DNA of 64,000 nucleotides from Gemmatimonadota bacterium (GTDB taxonomy: Bacteria; Gemmatimonadota; Gemmatimonadetes; Palauibacterales; Palauibacteraceae): positions 2,844-66,843 of the forward strand of contig JBDHIO010000032.1 in the NCBI GenBank assembly GCA_039587355.1, in the 5' to 3' direction. Positions 1-9,664 of this stretch are shown one piece after another. Every line of letters begins with the position of its first letter. The first letter of the stretch is position 1. The notes beneath the pieces are model-generated. The model did no database searches and was not told the DNA's origin. It was given only the letters and a program-made list of their open reading frames with translations. A program made the translations under genes and the position numbers.

Positions 1-239
1 CCGACACGGGCGCCGACGTCGTCGGGGAGGCACGCGGCGGCGCGTTCGAACAGCTCCTCGGCCTGGTTGATCCGGGCCGAGCGGTACTCGCGCCACCCCG
101 CCTCGACGATGGACGGCATCTCGGCCTCGCAGCCCGGCGCGGCCTGCCCGGCCACGGGACGCGCCGCCAGCGCGAGACATATGGTCGCCAGCGAAGTCAC
201 CGCGACCCGGAACCCCGGGGCCTTCGCGAGGCGCATCAT
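1..239 (-). CDS. Exported TPR-like protein, 5' part only (runs off the window); possibly a TPR/outer-membrane export component of the glycan operon
   Basis: My translation from ATG at 239 (overlaps the GT2 stop, ATGATG): MMRLAKAPGFRVAVTSLATICLALAARPVAGQAAPGCEAEMPSIVEAGWREYRSARINQAEELFERAAACLPDDVGARVG. Signal peptide followed by a TPR-like helix pair. Not in the supplied ORF track. Confidence 0.7.
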   Translation of the reverse strand, partial: MMRLAKAPGFRVAVTSLATICLALAARPVAGQAAPGCEAEMPSIVEAGWREYRSARINQAEELFERAAACLPDDVGARV

Positions 240-1654
240 CCGGTGGACTCGAATCCGTAGCGCTTCATCTCGCCCCAGGACTCCTTGCCCTGCCATGCGT
301 TCTTGAAGCTCTTGAGCCGCCAGAAGACCGTGAGCTGGCGGTATCCGAAGGGCTCGAGGAACGCGTACCCGATCAGGCGCGCGAAGTCCCCCGGCGCCCG
401 GTAGAAGCGGAACGTCATCTGTTCCATGACGATCGCCCAGAGCGTGAGGAGGACGCCGTACCCGAGCGCCGCGGCGAAGAAGATCCCTGCGAACGCCCAT
501 GAGATGGCTCCGATCGCGAGCCCGATGGCGGTGAAGATGTATCCGATGAGCTCGACGAGCGGCGCGATCATCTCTCCGAACAGGAAGAACGGGAGGTGGA
601 TGAAGGCGATCGGCCCGTACTTCGGCCGGAAGAACGTCCTGCGGTGCGTGAACATCGTGGAGACGAGTCCACGGTGCCATCGCTCCCTCTGCCGGCTTAG
701 CGTCGCGATGTCGGGCGGTGCCTCGGTCCAGGCAACGGGGTCGGGAATCAGCGGGATCGAATAGGGCTCGCCGATCTCGCGCATGTGCTCGTGGAGACGG
801 ACGATGAGGTCGAGGTCCTCGACCACGCTCCCCGTGTGGTACCCGCCGATGTCGATCAGCGTCTCGCGCTTGAACAGGCCGAACGCGCCCGAGACGATCA
901 GATTGCCGCCGAGACGGTTCCAGCCGACGCGGCCGAACAGAAACGCCCGCAGGTACTCCGGCACCTGGATGGCGGCGAGCCAGCTGCGGGGCATGCGCGG
1001 CGTCTTCACCCGGGCGTGCTCGATCCCGCAGCCGTTCGCGATGCGGATCGTTCCGCCCGTGGCGACGACGGGATCTCCCAGCAGGTAGGGGCGCGCGAGC
1101 CGGAGGAGCGCATCCTCCGCGATCATGGTGTCCGCGTCGGCGCAGACGACGAGCGGGTAGCGAGCCGCGCACAGGCCGGCGTTCAGGGCGTCAGCCTTTC
1201 CGCCGTTCTCCTTGTCTATCACGAGCATCCCCGGAGCGGAACGAGACCGGTAGTAGCCCCGGACCTCCGCCGTCTGGATCCGTCGCGGGATCGCGGGCGG
1301 GACCTCGTAAAGCTCGAACTCGTCGACGAGCACTTGGAACGTCTCGTCCTTCGAGCCATCGTTGACCACGATCACCTCGTGGTGCGGATATCGGAGCGTG
1401 AGCTGCGCCCTGACGCTCTCGACGATGTTCAGTTCCATGTTGTAAGCGGGCATGAGGACCGAGATCGGGGGAAGCGCATCCGACCGCATGTGCCGCTCGA
1501 GGTCCTCGTTTTTCCCCTCGACCCAGTGCCGGAACATCTCAGGGATCGCGAGCGCGATGAGGATCGCGTAGCACGAGTTCAGCCCCAGGAAGTACCAGAT
1601 CACGGTTTCGTCGACCGTCTTCACGGCCTCGAGCAGGAACGCCTGGATGTCCAT
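236..1654 (-). CDS. Processive GT2 glycosyltransferase (PgaC/IcaA/cellulose-synthase-like)
   Basis: Motifs NDGSKD, NGGKADALN, DAD, VED and RQRERW (QxxRW); N- and C-terminal TM helices. Confidence 0.92.
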   Translation of the reverse strand: MDIQAFLLEAVKTVDETVIWYFLGLNSCYAILIALAIPEMFRHWVEGKNEDLERHMRSDALPPISVLMPAYNMELNIVESVRAQLTLRYPHHEVIVVNDGSKDETFQVLVDEFELYEVPPAIPRRIQTAEVRGYYRSRSAPGMLVIDKENGGKADALNAGLCAARYPLVVCADADTMIAEDALLRLARPYLLGDPVVATGGTIRIANGCGIEHARVKTPRMPRSWLAAIQVPEYLRAFLFGRVGWNRLGGNLIVSGAFGLFKRETLIDIGGYHTGSVVEDLDLIVRLHEHMREIGEPYSIPLIPDPVAWTEAPPDIATLSRQRERWHRGLVSTMFTHRRTFFRPKYGPIAFIHLPFFLFGEMIAPLVELIGYIFTAIGLAIGAISWAFAGIFFAAALGYGVLLTLWAIVMEQMTFRFYRAPGDFARLIGYAFLEPFGYRQLTVFWRLKSFKNAWQGKESWGEMKRYGFESTG

Positions 1655-2763
1655 CAGCTCGCCATGGCTCCAGACGGGGTCGTGGCGAAGTCCGTAGCCG
1701 ATCCGCCGACGTACTCCGCCATGGCCCCGTTATCCAACTCCAGGACGTAGTGCGCCATGTCGAACGCGTACCGATCGACTCGTCCGTCCACGCGCTCGAG
1801 AGCCGCGATGCCCGCGGGGCCGACGAGACGCAGCGCGATCGCGGAGCGCAGCCGGACCCACCAGTTGGGATCGCAGAGCGAGAGGAGCAGGTCGTCGATC
1901 GCCTCGGCCGCCCCGACCGCTCCCAGCGATGCCGCCGCACGGGCTCGCACCTGCCAGCTGCGGTCGGTCAGGAGCCGCCGAAGCGCATTCGTAGCCTGCG
2001 GGTGTGGGAAGTTGCGCAGGCACGTCGCTGTCGCGACCCGGATCTCCATATTGGCCGACATCGCGTGCGGGATCACGTGCGGGAGCAGCGTCGGATACCC
2101 GAGCAGCGATCCCAGGTCGAGCAGAACGCGCAGCTCGGCGTCGCTGGTCGGCGCGACGAGGCGGTCGATGAGCACGGGAAACACGATCGTCTGGCTCGCC
2201 GCGAGCACCTCGATCAGGTGATTGCGGGCGATCGCGTGTCCGCCGATCGCCCGGTCCAGAATCGCGGCCGCGAGCGCGGGGGAGGGCAGCCGCTCCAGCG
2301 CGGAGGCCGCCGCCAACCGGATCGCCGGCGTATCGTCGTGCACGAGCGTATGGACGAGCATCAGGTGCTCCGCCGTCGCGATCGTGGCGATTGCACGGGC
2401 CGCACCGAGCCTGCGCCACCAGAATCGCGACCTCGCGTGTCGGACGATCCGATCGTGCCACCGCGTGCCGCGGATCAGCTCGAAGACGGCCTCTCCCTCG
2501 TGACCCGACGCCTGTGCGGTGAACTCATGCAGGAACGCGTTGAGGCTGCCGACGGAGACGCCGTCCAGTACACCGATCGCCTCGTCCGCGAGTAGGCGTC
2601 GAGCGAGGAAACGTCGTAGCGCGTCGCGCACGATCTCGAGCTCGACCGAGCGGAGCCGATCGCGCCGATTGCTCACGACGTGCCCGATGAAGAGACCGGC
2701 CACGACGATCACGAGCAGTACGCCCTGGAACAGGCTGAGGGCGATCAGGAAGTCTGTGCTCAT
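1654..2763 (-). CDS. Membrane-anchored HEAT-repeat protein
   Basis: ATG at 2763 (MSTDFLIAL...), N-terminal TM helix, repeats of the type LTDRSWQVRARAAASLG and LCDPNWWVRLRSAIAL; stop overlaps the GT2 start. Confidence 0.88.
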   Translation of the reverse strand: MSTDFLIALSLFQGVLLVIVVAGLFIGHVVSNRRDRLRSVELEIVRDALRRFLARRLLADEAIGVLDGVSVGSLNAFLHEFTAQASGHEGEAVFELIRGTRWHDRIVRHARSRFWWRRLGAARAIATIATAEHLMLVHTLVHDDTPAIRLAAASALERLPSPALAAAILDRAIGGHAIARNHLIEVLAASQTIVFPVLIDRLVAPTSDAELRVLLDLGSLLGYPTLLPHVIPHAMSANMEIRVATATCLRNFPHPQATNALRRLLTDRSWQVRARAAASLGAVGAAEAIDDLLLSLCDPNWWVRLRSAIALRLVGPAGIAALERVDGRVDRYAFDMAHYVLELDNGAMAEYVGGSATDFATTPSGAMAS

Positions 2764-2770
2764 CGGCCGC

Positions 2771-4049
2771 CTACCGGGATCCGGCGGCGGACGAGACGCC
2801 GCCGCGACCGAGGAGCCGTTCGACCTTCGCGAGAACAATCGGCATGCGGAGCGGCTTCACCAGATAGTCGAGGGCCCCGGACTGGATGCCGAGAACCTGG
2901 GTCGCCTCACTGCTGTGGACCGCCGGGGAGATCGACGTCCAGCAGTACGACTGGCTGTCGGCCCGCCGTCTCCATCTCGCGGAGTGCGCGCAGCGCATCA
3001 AGCCCGTTCGAGAAGCTGAGCGTTGTGAACCCCCGGTTCGTCAACGCATACCGCAGCATCTCCAGCAACGAGGGGTCGTCCTCGACGACGATGACGTCGG
3101 GGACCGAGGCCGGCGACACGGGCGCTCCGATCCCGGTCTGGCCGGGAAGGGGAGGCGGTTCGCCGCGATACTCCGGGCCGAGCCCCGTCGTGCTCGGGGG
3201 CGGCGTGGCGACGCCGGTCGGCGGCACGAACTGCCCGTTGGGCGGCGCGTGCGCCGCGGTGTGCTGCGGCTGTGGCGCCCCCGGCATGGTGTGCGGCGGA
3301 TACGCCGGCATCCCCTGCGGTGGCATCGGCTGACCGTGCGGCGGCATCGGCTGACCGTGCGGCGGATACGCCGGCATCCCCTGCGGCGGCATCGGCACCC
3401 CCTGCGGCGGCATCTGTTCTCCGGGCCGCGGGCCGTACCCCGGCGTGGGGTGACCGTACGCCGGGACCGGGTAGTAGCCGTAAGGATTCCCCGGCGCCGG
3501 ATAGCCGTAGGGCATTGGGGCCGCATGCGGCGGCGCGGTATGCACGGGGTGCGGCATGCCGGGCTGGGCTGCGGGCGCTCCTGCGGTAGGAGCGACAGGC
3601 GCGGCCGGTTCCGGGCTCTTCGGCGCGGCGCACAGGGCGAGCGCCGCGTCCGCGATGCTCTTCGCCGTGCCGCGCCGCCGTCGATTCTTTATCGAAGACA
3701 GACCGAGGAGGCGAGCCGCCAGCTCGGGCGTTGCGGTGTCCCTCGCCACTACTGCGTCGGCGCCCTCGGCGTATGCCCGAAGCTCGTCCGCCCGGTCCAT
3801 CGATGATCCGACGAGGAAGACGGGGAGATCGGCCCACGAGTTCTGCTGACGAATCGCGCGAATGAGCTCGAGGGGGTCGGCGCCCGGGAGGTCCGCGCTG
3901 AGGATGACGGCCTCGGGCTCGTTGTTCGCCACGGCGTCGAGGAGGCCCAGGATCCGGGCGCGCCACAGCAGGGCCATTCCGAAACGGTCGAGTGCGTCGG
4001 TCAACTGATCCCGAAAGACGACGTCGTTGTCGATCAGTAGGACGGTCAT
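2771..4049 (-). pseudogene. Two-receiver-domain response regulator with a Pro-rich linker, broken by a frameshifting internal deletion near 2920
   Basis: Frame 1 (4049-2907): atypical REC, linker, then VIVVEDD...LLDVDLPG and a stop. The rest of the REC domain (VHSSEATQVLGIQSGALDYLVKPLRMPIVLAKVERLL*) is in another frame ending at 2771, just upstream of the HEAT gene start. Confidence 0.75.
3293..3413. repeat. Coding tandem repeats (PPQGMPAY / PPHGQPM units)
   Basis: 21-nt unit ggcatcggctgaccgtgcggc x2, flanked by two copies of gcggcggatacgccggcatcccctgcgg. Confidence 0.85.
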
Positions 4050-4379
4050 GCGGCGTGACGCATCGGCGTGACCGCCGTCATGGACCTGAAACGGTCCACC
4101 CGGGCGTCCCGGCTTCGCCTCGTTGCCACGTCCGCTGCGTTGTGTCAAAACCGTCTCGTCTCGGTCTCGGACAGGGTCGATCCGGCGGATCGACGTGAGA
4201 TCTCGGCCGTGAAAGGAGCAAACCGGGGGCCGCGACCGCCGTAACCTCCGTACTGACAACGGATTCGAGACGGACTGACGTAAGTGCATGCAATCTTTTC
4301 ACATGCAGCGTCGGGTCACCCGAGCGTTTGAGCGCTCCCGGAAGGGTCGGGACGGCGTAGTCCCGCATTGTGCAACGGT

Positions 4380-6575
4380 TTAGCGGGTCGCCACAGACTC
4401 CTCGTCACCCGCATCGACGGCGTCGGCGAACGACTCGGCCTCGGCGGCCTCCTCGTGGACGTCCCCGGACGGTGCCTGCGATACCTCCTCGGATGCCGCG
4501 TCCGGCGTGGATTCGGATGCTGCGTCCACGTTCGCGGGGAGCATCGGTTTGGCGGGCGCGGTCGTCACGGGCGCCGCGCGGGTGCGTGGCAGCGTGAAGA
4601 CGAAGGTCGCCCCCTGACCGGGGCTCGGCTCCGTCCAGATGCGGCCACCGTGCCGCTCGATGATCCGCTTGCAGATGGCGAGCCCGATACCGGTACCGTC
4701 GAACTCGTCCCGGCTGTGCAGGCGCTGGAAGATGTCGAAGATGCGGCTGCGGTCTTCGGCGTCGACGCCGATCCCGTTGTCCCGGATGAACACCTGCCAC
4801 TCGCCGCCCCGCTTGTGGGAGCCGATGTGGATCTCGAGCGGCCGCTCACCGCGGAACTTGAGGGCATTCCCGATCAGGTTCTGGAACAACTGTCCGATCT
4901 GCGATGGATCGGCCCTGACGTCGGGAAGCGCATCGCTGGTGATCGTCGCCCCGGACATCTCGATCCCGGTCTCCAGGTTCGCCAGGGCCCACTCGAGGGC
5001 CGTGTCCATCGACGCGACCTCGAACGTGCGCCCGTGCGTCTGAACGCGGGAGTAGTCCAGCAGGTCGCGGATGAGCGCCTGCATGCGACTCACGCCTTCG
5101 ACCGTGTACCGGATGAACAGGTCGGCTTCCCCGTCCAGCTTGCCCTCGTAGCGGCTCGCAAGCAGCTGGGTGTAGCCGGCGACCATGCGGAGCGGCTCCT
5201 GGAGGTCGTGCGAGGCCACGTAGGCGAACTGACGGAGTTCTTCGTTGGAGCGCGCGAGCTCACGGGACTTCGACTCCAGCCGGTCCTCCGCGCTCCGGCG
5301 AGCGGTGACGTCACGGACGATGCCGCGGAACCCCACGATCTCGTCGTCCTCGCCGCGCACGGGTCCGGCCGACGCCTCGGCGTATCGACGCGTACCGTCG
5401 GGTCTGACGATGTCCCAGCCGAACGATGTGACGGGCTGGCCGGTCCGGTAGACCTGACTGAATACCTCGAACACGGCGGCCGAGTGGGCGTCCCGCGTAT
5501 AGGCCCGGTAGTTGAGCCCCGCCATGCGTTCGTGCCGATACCCAAGCAGATGGACGAGCGACTCGTTCCAGAACACGAAGTTCCCGGCGAGATCGACCTC
5601 GAAATACCCCTCCTGGATCGTCTCGAGGATGTTCCGATACTTGTCTTCGCTACGTCGTGCCGCGGCCTCCGCGAGCTTGCGGTCGGTGATCTCGTTGCGC
5701 AGCGCCTGGTTGCTGTGCTCGATCAGCAACGCCGAGCGCTCCAGCCGTCGGTAGAGCCCGTACATGCTCGCGATGAGGCCGACAAGGATGAACCCGTAAC
5801 TCGTGAGCTTCAGGACGTGCGAGATCGTCGCGAACGCGTCGGTCGGAGACGTGCTGAACGGGATGAAGAGCCACTGGATCGCGACCGAGATAATCAGCGC
5901 CGGGATCAGCCACACCTCGAACGGGCGGTTCCGCCAGTTGCCCTTCGAGAAGTACCCGATCGCGGCCCCGGCGAACACGGCGCCCGGCAGGAGCTCGAAC
6001 GGACGTGGCACGATCGCGTCGAAACGGACTGCCGCCGGCAACGAAACGAGCCCGAACAGGGCGATCGACAGGAGGGTGATCGCCCCGACCTCGAGGTAGA
6101 TCCGCAGCTCTGAGAGGCCTCGCTGACTGCTCCGATTCTCTCGCTGCCACGCGGTCCAGCTCCAGAGCAGCAGAAGCGACAGGAACATGCGCGACCCGAA
6201 CCAGCTCCACGGCTCGGTTGCGGCGTGATCCGCAGGCATGAGCGGGAGGGAGGCTCCCGTCGTGACGAGGAGGTGATAGGTGTCGAGGACGGATGCTCCG
6301 ACCATCCCCGCTCCGATCAGGAGGAGCGTGTCGTTCTTTCGCGAGTGGAAGCGTACGAGCGAGAGAATCCCGACGATAAGCGCGACGACGGCCGATGCGA
6401 GCTGGAAGCCGGTGTGCAGCTCGGGCGAGACCCGCCACGTGGCGCTGCGAACACCCAGGAAGAGGAGCAGAAGTCCCGCCGCGAGCGCGCAGTAGGCGGC
6501 CGCACGGGCCCCAACCCGGTCGTGCCCGGATGGGTCATTTCGTGGCCGAATGCTCGCTAGTGTGGTGTCCTGCAA
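4380..6575 (-). CDS. Multi-TM (MASE3-like) PAS sensor histidine kinase
   Basis: Multi-TM N-terminus, PAS domain (EGYFEVDLAG...GIVRDVT), H-box FAYVASHDLQEPLRMV, N/G1/F/G2 boxes; start codon uncertain. Confidence 0.92.
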   Translation of the reverse strand: MQDTTLASIRPRNDPSGHDRVGARAAAYCALAAGLLLLFLGVRSATWRVSPELHTGFQLASAVVALIVGILSLVRFHSRKNDTLLLIGAGMVGASVLDTYHLLVTTGASLPLMPADHAATEPWSWFGSRMFLSLLLLWSWTAWQRENRSSQRGLSELRIYLEVGAITLLSIALFGLVSLPAAVRFDAIVPRPFELLPGAVFAGAAIGYFSKGNWRNRPFEVWLIPALIISVAIQWLFIPFSTSPTDAFATISHVLKLTSYGFILVGLIASMYGLYRRLERSALLIEHSNQALRNEITDRKLAEAAARRSEDKYRNILETIQEGYFEVDLAGNFVFWNESLVHLLGYRHERMAGLNYRAYTRDAHSAAVFEVFSQVYRTGQPVTSFGWDIVRPDGTRRYAEASAGPVRGEDDEIVGFRGIVRDVTARRSAEDRLESKSRELARSNEELRQFAYVASHDLQEPLRMVAGYTQLLASRYEGKLDGEADLFIRYTVEGVSRMQALIRDLLDYSRVQTHGRTFEVASMDTALEWALANLETGIEMSGATITSDALPDVRADPSQIGQLFQNLIGNALKFRGERPLEIHIGSHKRGGEWQVFIRDNGIGVDAEDRSRIFDIFQRLHSRDEFDGTGIGLAICKRIIERHGGRIWTEPSPGQGATFVFTLPRTRAAPVTTAPAKPMLPANVDAASESTPDAASEEVSQAPSGDVHEEAAEAESFADAVDAGDEESVATR

Positions 6576-6662
6576 GGAGTTCCCGGCGTCTGGGGGCTCG
6601 TATGCTCGCGTTGCCCGTGAGGGGCAAGAAATGCGCGCGAGACGCCGGAAACCGCGGTGATG

Positions 6663-7568
6663 CTATCCCGCGCGTTCGACCGCCATCAGGAAGTTCGTGA
6701 ACCCCTCGTCGTAGTCGCTCAGGCCGTTCTGTCCCGTCAGCTTCATCCGGGCGTCGTAGGCGCCCTTCATGAACGGCGTGACGAGGCGCGCGTACGTCTG
6801 TTCGGTCGGGTGACGGAGCTCGAACGCGGTCCGGAGTTCCTCCCGCAGACCGATCTCACCGAGAAGCTCGTTGAACTTCGTGGCATCCCTCTCCGCGAGG
6901 ACGAACAGCTGACGGTCGAGGCGCTCGCAGCGCGCGGACTGCTCGAGGATCGGGTCGCCCGAGCCGGCGAGGGCGAGGTACGCCAGGACCTGGGCCTCGA
7001 CCTCCTTGAGGTAGCCCTTCCGGTGACAGAACTCGTGGGCGATCACGTGGGGCTCGAAGATCCCCGTGCTCTTGAAGATCGCGACGTCCCCGGTGAGGGG
7101 ATCCGCCGCGCCGAGGGCGAAGGGGAAGATGACCTGGGCGAGCATGTAGCTCCGGACCTGTGCGCTCGTCTCGAGCCGCTGTCCGGTCAGCTGGGCGAGG
7201 AAGTCCGTGAGGTGCCGATCGACCTCCTCCGCCAGCTCACGCCGGGGGATCGTCATCGGCTGGTAGTTCTCGTTCAGCACCGCGACGAGCTCGTCCACGT
7301 CGGTCCGCCGCTCGGGGCCGGTGGCCTCGGGAGGGTTGAGAGGGTCCACCCCGTAGGACTTCTCGAACGCGACCTTCTTCGCGTCGACCCGGAACGCCCA
7401 GTCGATCGCCGCGCTACCGGCGTAGATTCCCATCGCGCCCACCTGGAGCGCCCGGCCTGCGGGCGTCGCCCCGAAGAACACGCGTGCCGCGACCGGCGCC
7501 GCGAGGAGCAGGTCGGACGGTGCGATCGGGAGGTACGTCGCCAGATTCGGGATTCGAAGTCGTTCCAT
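6663..7568 (-). CDS. DUF3810-like putative zinc metallopeptidase
   Basis: HEFCH (HExxH) followed by GYLKEVEAQVLAYLA, and DPLTGD upstream, matching the DUF3810/zincin pattern. Confidence 0.65.
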   Translation of the reverse strand: MERLRIPNLATYLPIAPSDLLLAAPVAARVFFGATPAGRALQVGAMGIYAGSAAIDWAFRVDAKKVAFEKSYGVDPLNPPEATGPERRTDVDELVAVLNENYQPMTIPRRELAEEVDRHLTDFLAQLTGQRLETSAQVRSYMLAQVIFPFALGAADPLTGDVAIFKSTGIFEPHVIAHEFCHRKGYLKEVEAQVLAYLALAGSGDPILEQSARCERLDRQLFVLAERDATKFNELLGEIGLREELRTAFELRHPTEQTYARLVTPFMKGAYDARMKLTGQNGLSDYDEGFTNFLMAVERAG

Positions 7569-7871
7569 TTGGCTCAACCGGTTCGGGTCGGGTGGCTCGC
7601 TACCACAGGTGTACGTGATCGGGCTGCCGAAGGTTCATCCGTTCGCCTTCAGCCACCGAGTGTGTCGCACTTGATCGGCATCGCCCGTGCGCGGCCCCGT
7701 CGATCCTCCACGTCGGAGCTCCGTCGCTCCCCTCCATTTCACCATGAGGGAACGGTACACGGCGTCCCGATCGCCTGCCACCTCACGCAGTCCTTGCTGA
7801 CGCCTTTCGGCCGCGCCGGGCGGCCGTCAAGTTGGCGGGGCAGTCCCACCCACACCGCTCGGAGGCTCCCC

Positions 7872-8168
7872 TTGGGTCACGCTGGATCACGCTGCGTCAG
7901 ATGCGGAGGCGATCTCGCCGTCGCGCCACACGGTCTTCCGATATGCGCTACGTGTCAGGCGACCATCCGGGCGGGTCGCGAGGCGGCCCGAAACTGTCCG
8001 GTCGACGCCACGCCTCTGGTGAAGGAGGTCGTGTGGAACGTGGTGCTGGATCGGTGCGCCTCGTGCGGCGGCATCTGGTTCGACGAGGGTGAGCTCAAGC
8101 TCCTTATCCATGGCAGGGAGATCGAGGGTTTCCTCGAGGGCTTCGCCCGCCGACTGGATGTGGCCTGA
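7872..8168 (+). CDS. Small double zinc-ribbon protein (zf-TFIIB-like C-terminal domain)
   Basis: GGAGG at 7861-7865, TTG at 7872; motifs CVRC, CATC, CPVD...LDRCASCGGIWFDEGEL. Confidence 0.7.
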   Translation: MGHAGSRCVRCGGDLAVAPHGLPICATCQATIRAGREAARNCPVDATPLVKEVVWNVVLDRCASCGGIWFDEGELKLLIHGREIEGFLEGFARRLDVA

Positions 8169-8195
8169 GAAATGCCCGCATGGCTCGGGGCGGAG

Positions 8196-9488
8196 TCAGG
8201 CCTCGGGTTTCGGTTCCAGCCCGAGAAACCTGAACGCTCGCCGGGTCGGATTCTCTTGTTTCGAAGCCTCGGGTAGCAGGTCGTCGTTCCCGTCCCGCAA
8301 GGCGTAGTGGTGCGGCGAGGCGATCTCGATTCCGGCCTCCGCGAACCGATCCTGGATGTTCTGGTGCAGCTCCGAATAGATCTGCGGCATAAGTCGCGGC
8401 TCTTTCGTTGCCGCGTTCAGCTCGTAGCAGACGGAGAAGTCGTCCAGGCTCTTCTGCAGGACGAACGGCTCGGGCTCTTCTCCGATCTTCTCGGTAGCGG
8501 CCGCGGCCTCGAGCAGAAGTTCATGCACCTGCCTCCATGGAACGTCGTACCCGATCGTCACCGGCGTATGCAGGTAGACCCCCTTATCTCGTCCCTCGAG
8601 GCTGAAGTTCTCGACCGGCGAGGTCATGACCATCGAGTTCGGTACGGTGACGATCACCCGCTTCGGCGTTCGCATGCGCGTGACGAACAGGGTGCGGTCA
8701 ATGACGGCTCCCTCGACGGCGCCGATCTTGACCCGGTCGCCGATCCGAAACGCACGCGTATAGGTGAGCATGATTCCGGAGACGAAGTTCGCGGCAGCGC
8801 CAGTCGAACCGAGCGAAAGAAGAACACCGACGAAGATCGACACGCCGCGAAAGGCGGGAGACTCCGAGCCGGGCAGGTAGGGAAAAGCGACGATCAGGAA
8901 GAAGATCCAGATCAGGAAACGGACGATCTTGAACGTCGGACGCGCCCAGTCCGCGTCGAACCCGCGCATCTGGATTCTTCCGATCGCCACCCCGCGGAAC
9001 ACGAGTTGGACGAGCTTCACGGTCCGCGTCGCGAGGAAATACAGGACCGCGAGGAAGATGATGTTCGGCAGATAGTCGACGACCGCACCGCCGATCGAAC
9101 GGACCGTGTCTCCGAGGCTCGTGAGGAGGTTGGTGCCGACGCCACGCGTGATGGGGAACGAGAGGAAGATGAGCTGGAGCGTGACGTACCAGATGATCGC
9201 GTACGCGGCGTACCCCAACCATCGAGCTATCCCCCGAGCGATCTTCGTCGTGTCCTCCGACGACAGGAGCTCCTGGTCCTGGAGCCGGACCGCTTTGAGA
9301 CGCGTTCCCTCCCACGCCTGCAGACGACGATCGATCCGGCGGACGATCAACCGCGCGAAGCCCGTCACGACCACTCCGACGAGAACCAGTATCCCGGTCG
9401 CGATCAGCGCCCACAGGAGGTTCCCCTGACCGATCTCAGTCAGCCGCGCCTCGAGCCACGTTCGAACGGTCGAAATGAACTCGCCCAT
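8196..9488 (-). CDS. mscS: Small-conductance mechanosensitive channel (MscS family)
   Basis: Several TM helices, then LSLGSTGAAANFVSG...AFRIGDRVKIG...VTVPNS...VTIGYDVP...GIEIASPH. Confidence 0.93.
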   Translation of the reverse strand: MGEFISTVRTWLEARLTEIGQGNLLWALIATGILVLVGVVVTGFARLIVRRIDRRLQAWEGTRLKAVRLQDQELLSSEDTTKIARGIARWLGYAAYAIIWYVTLQLIFLSFPITRGVGTNLLTSLGDTVRSIGGAVVDYLPNIIFLAVLYFLATRTVKLVQLVFRGVAIGRIQMRGFDADWARPTFKIVRFLIWIFFLIVAFPYLPGSESPAFRGVSIFVGVLLSLGSTGAAANFVSGIMLTYTRAFRIGDRVKIGAVEGAVIDRTLFVTRMRTPKRVIVTVPNSMVMTSPVENFSLEGRDKGVYLHTPVTIGYDVPWRQVHELLLEAAAATEKIGEEPEPFVLQKSLDDFSVCYELNAATKEPRLMPQIYSELHQNIQDRFAEAGIEIASPHHYALRDGNDDLLPEASKQENPTRRAFRFLGLEPKPEA

Positions 9489-9664
9489 GATCCTCGCCTT
9501 CGATTGCCCGATCTTCCACCGAGAAGCTTGGCACTCGGGGAGTCTCCCGTCGACACCCGGCTTCCTTGCAGCGGGTTTGACCCGTATCTAGAGGCGGTCG
9601 CGTCGGCGTCTCTGTCGGGGCGGACCGTATCGGGGCGGGTCCCCTTCAGCGAGGGAGCGACACA

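Noticed and set aside
3293-3413. Repeats considered as a CRISPR array
   Set aside because: In-frame coding repeats without unique spacers; no cas genes.
4200-4250. GAAAGGAGCAAACC resembling a c-di-GMP riboswitch fragment
   Set aside because: Wrong strand for the downstream gene and lacks the GAAA-loop stem and second hairpin.
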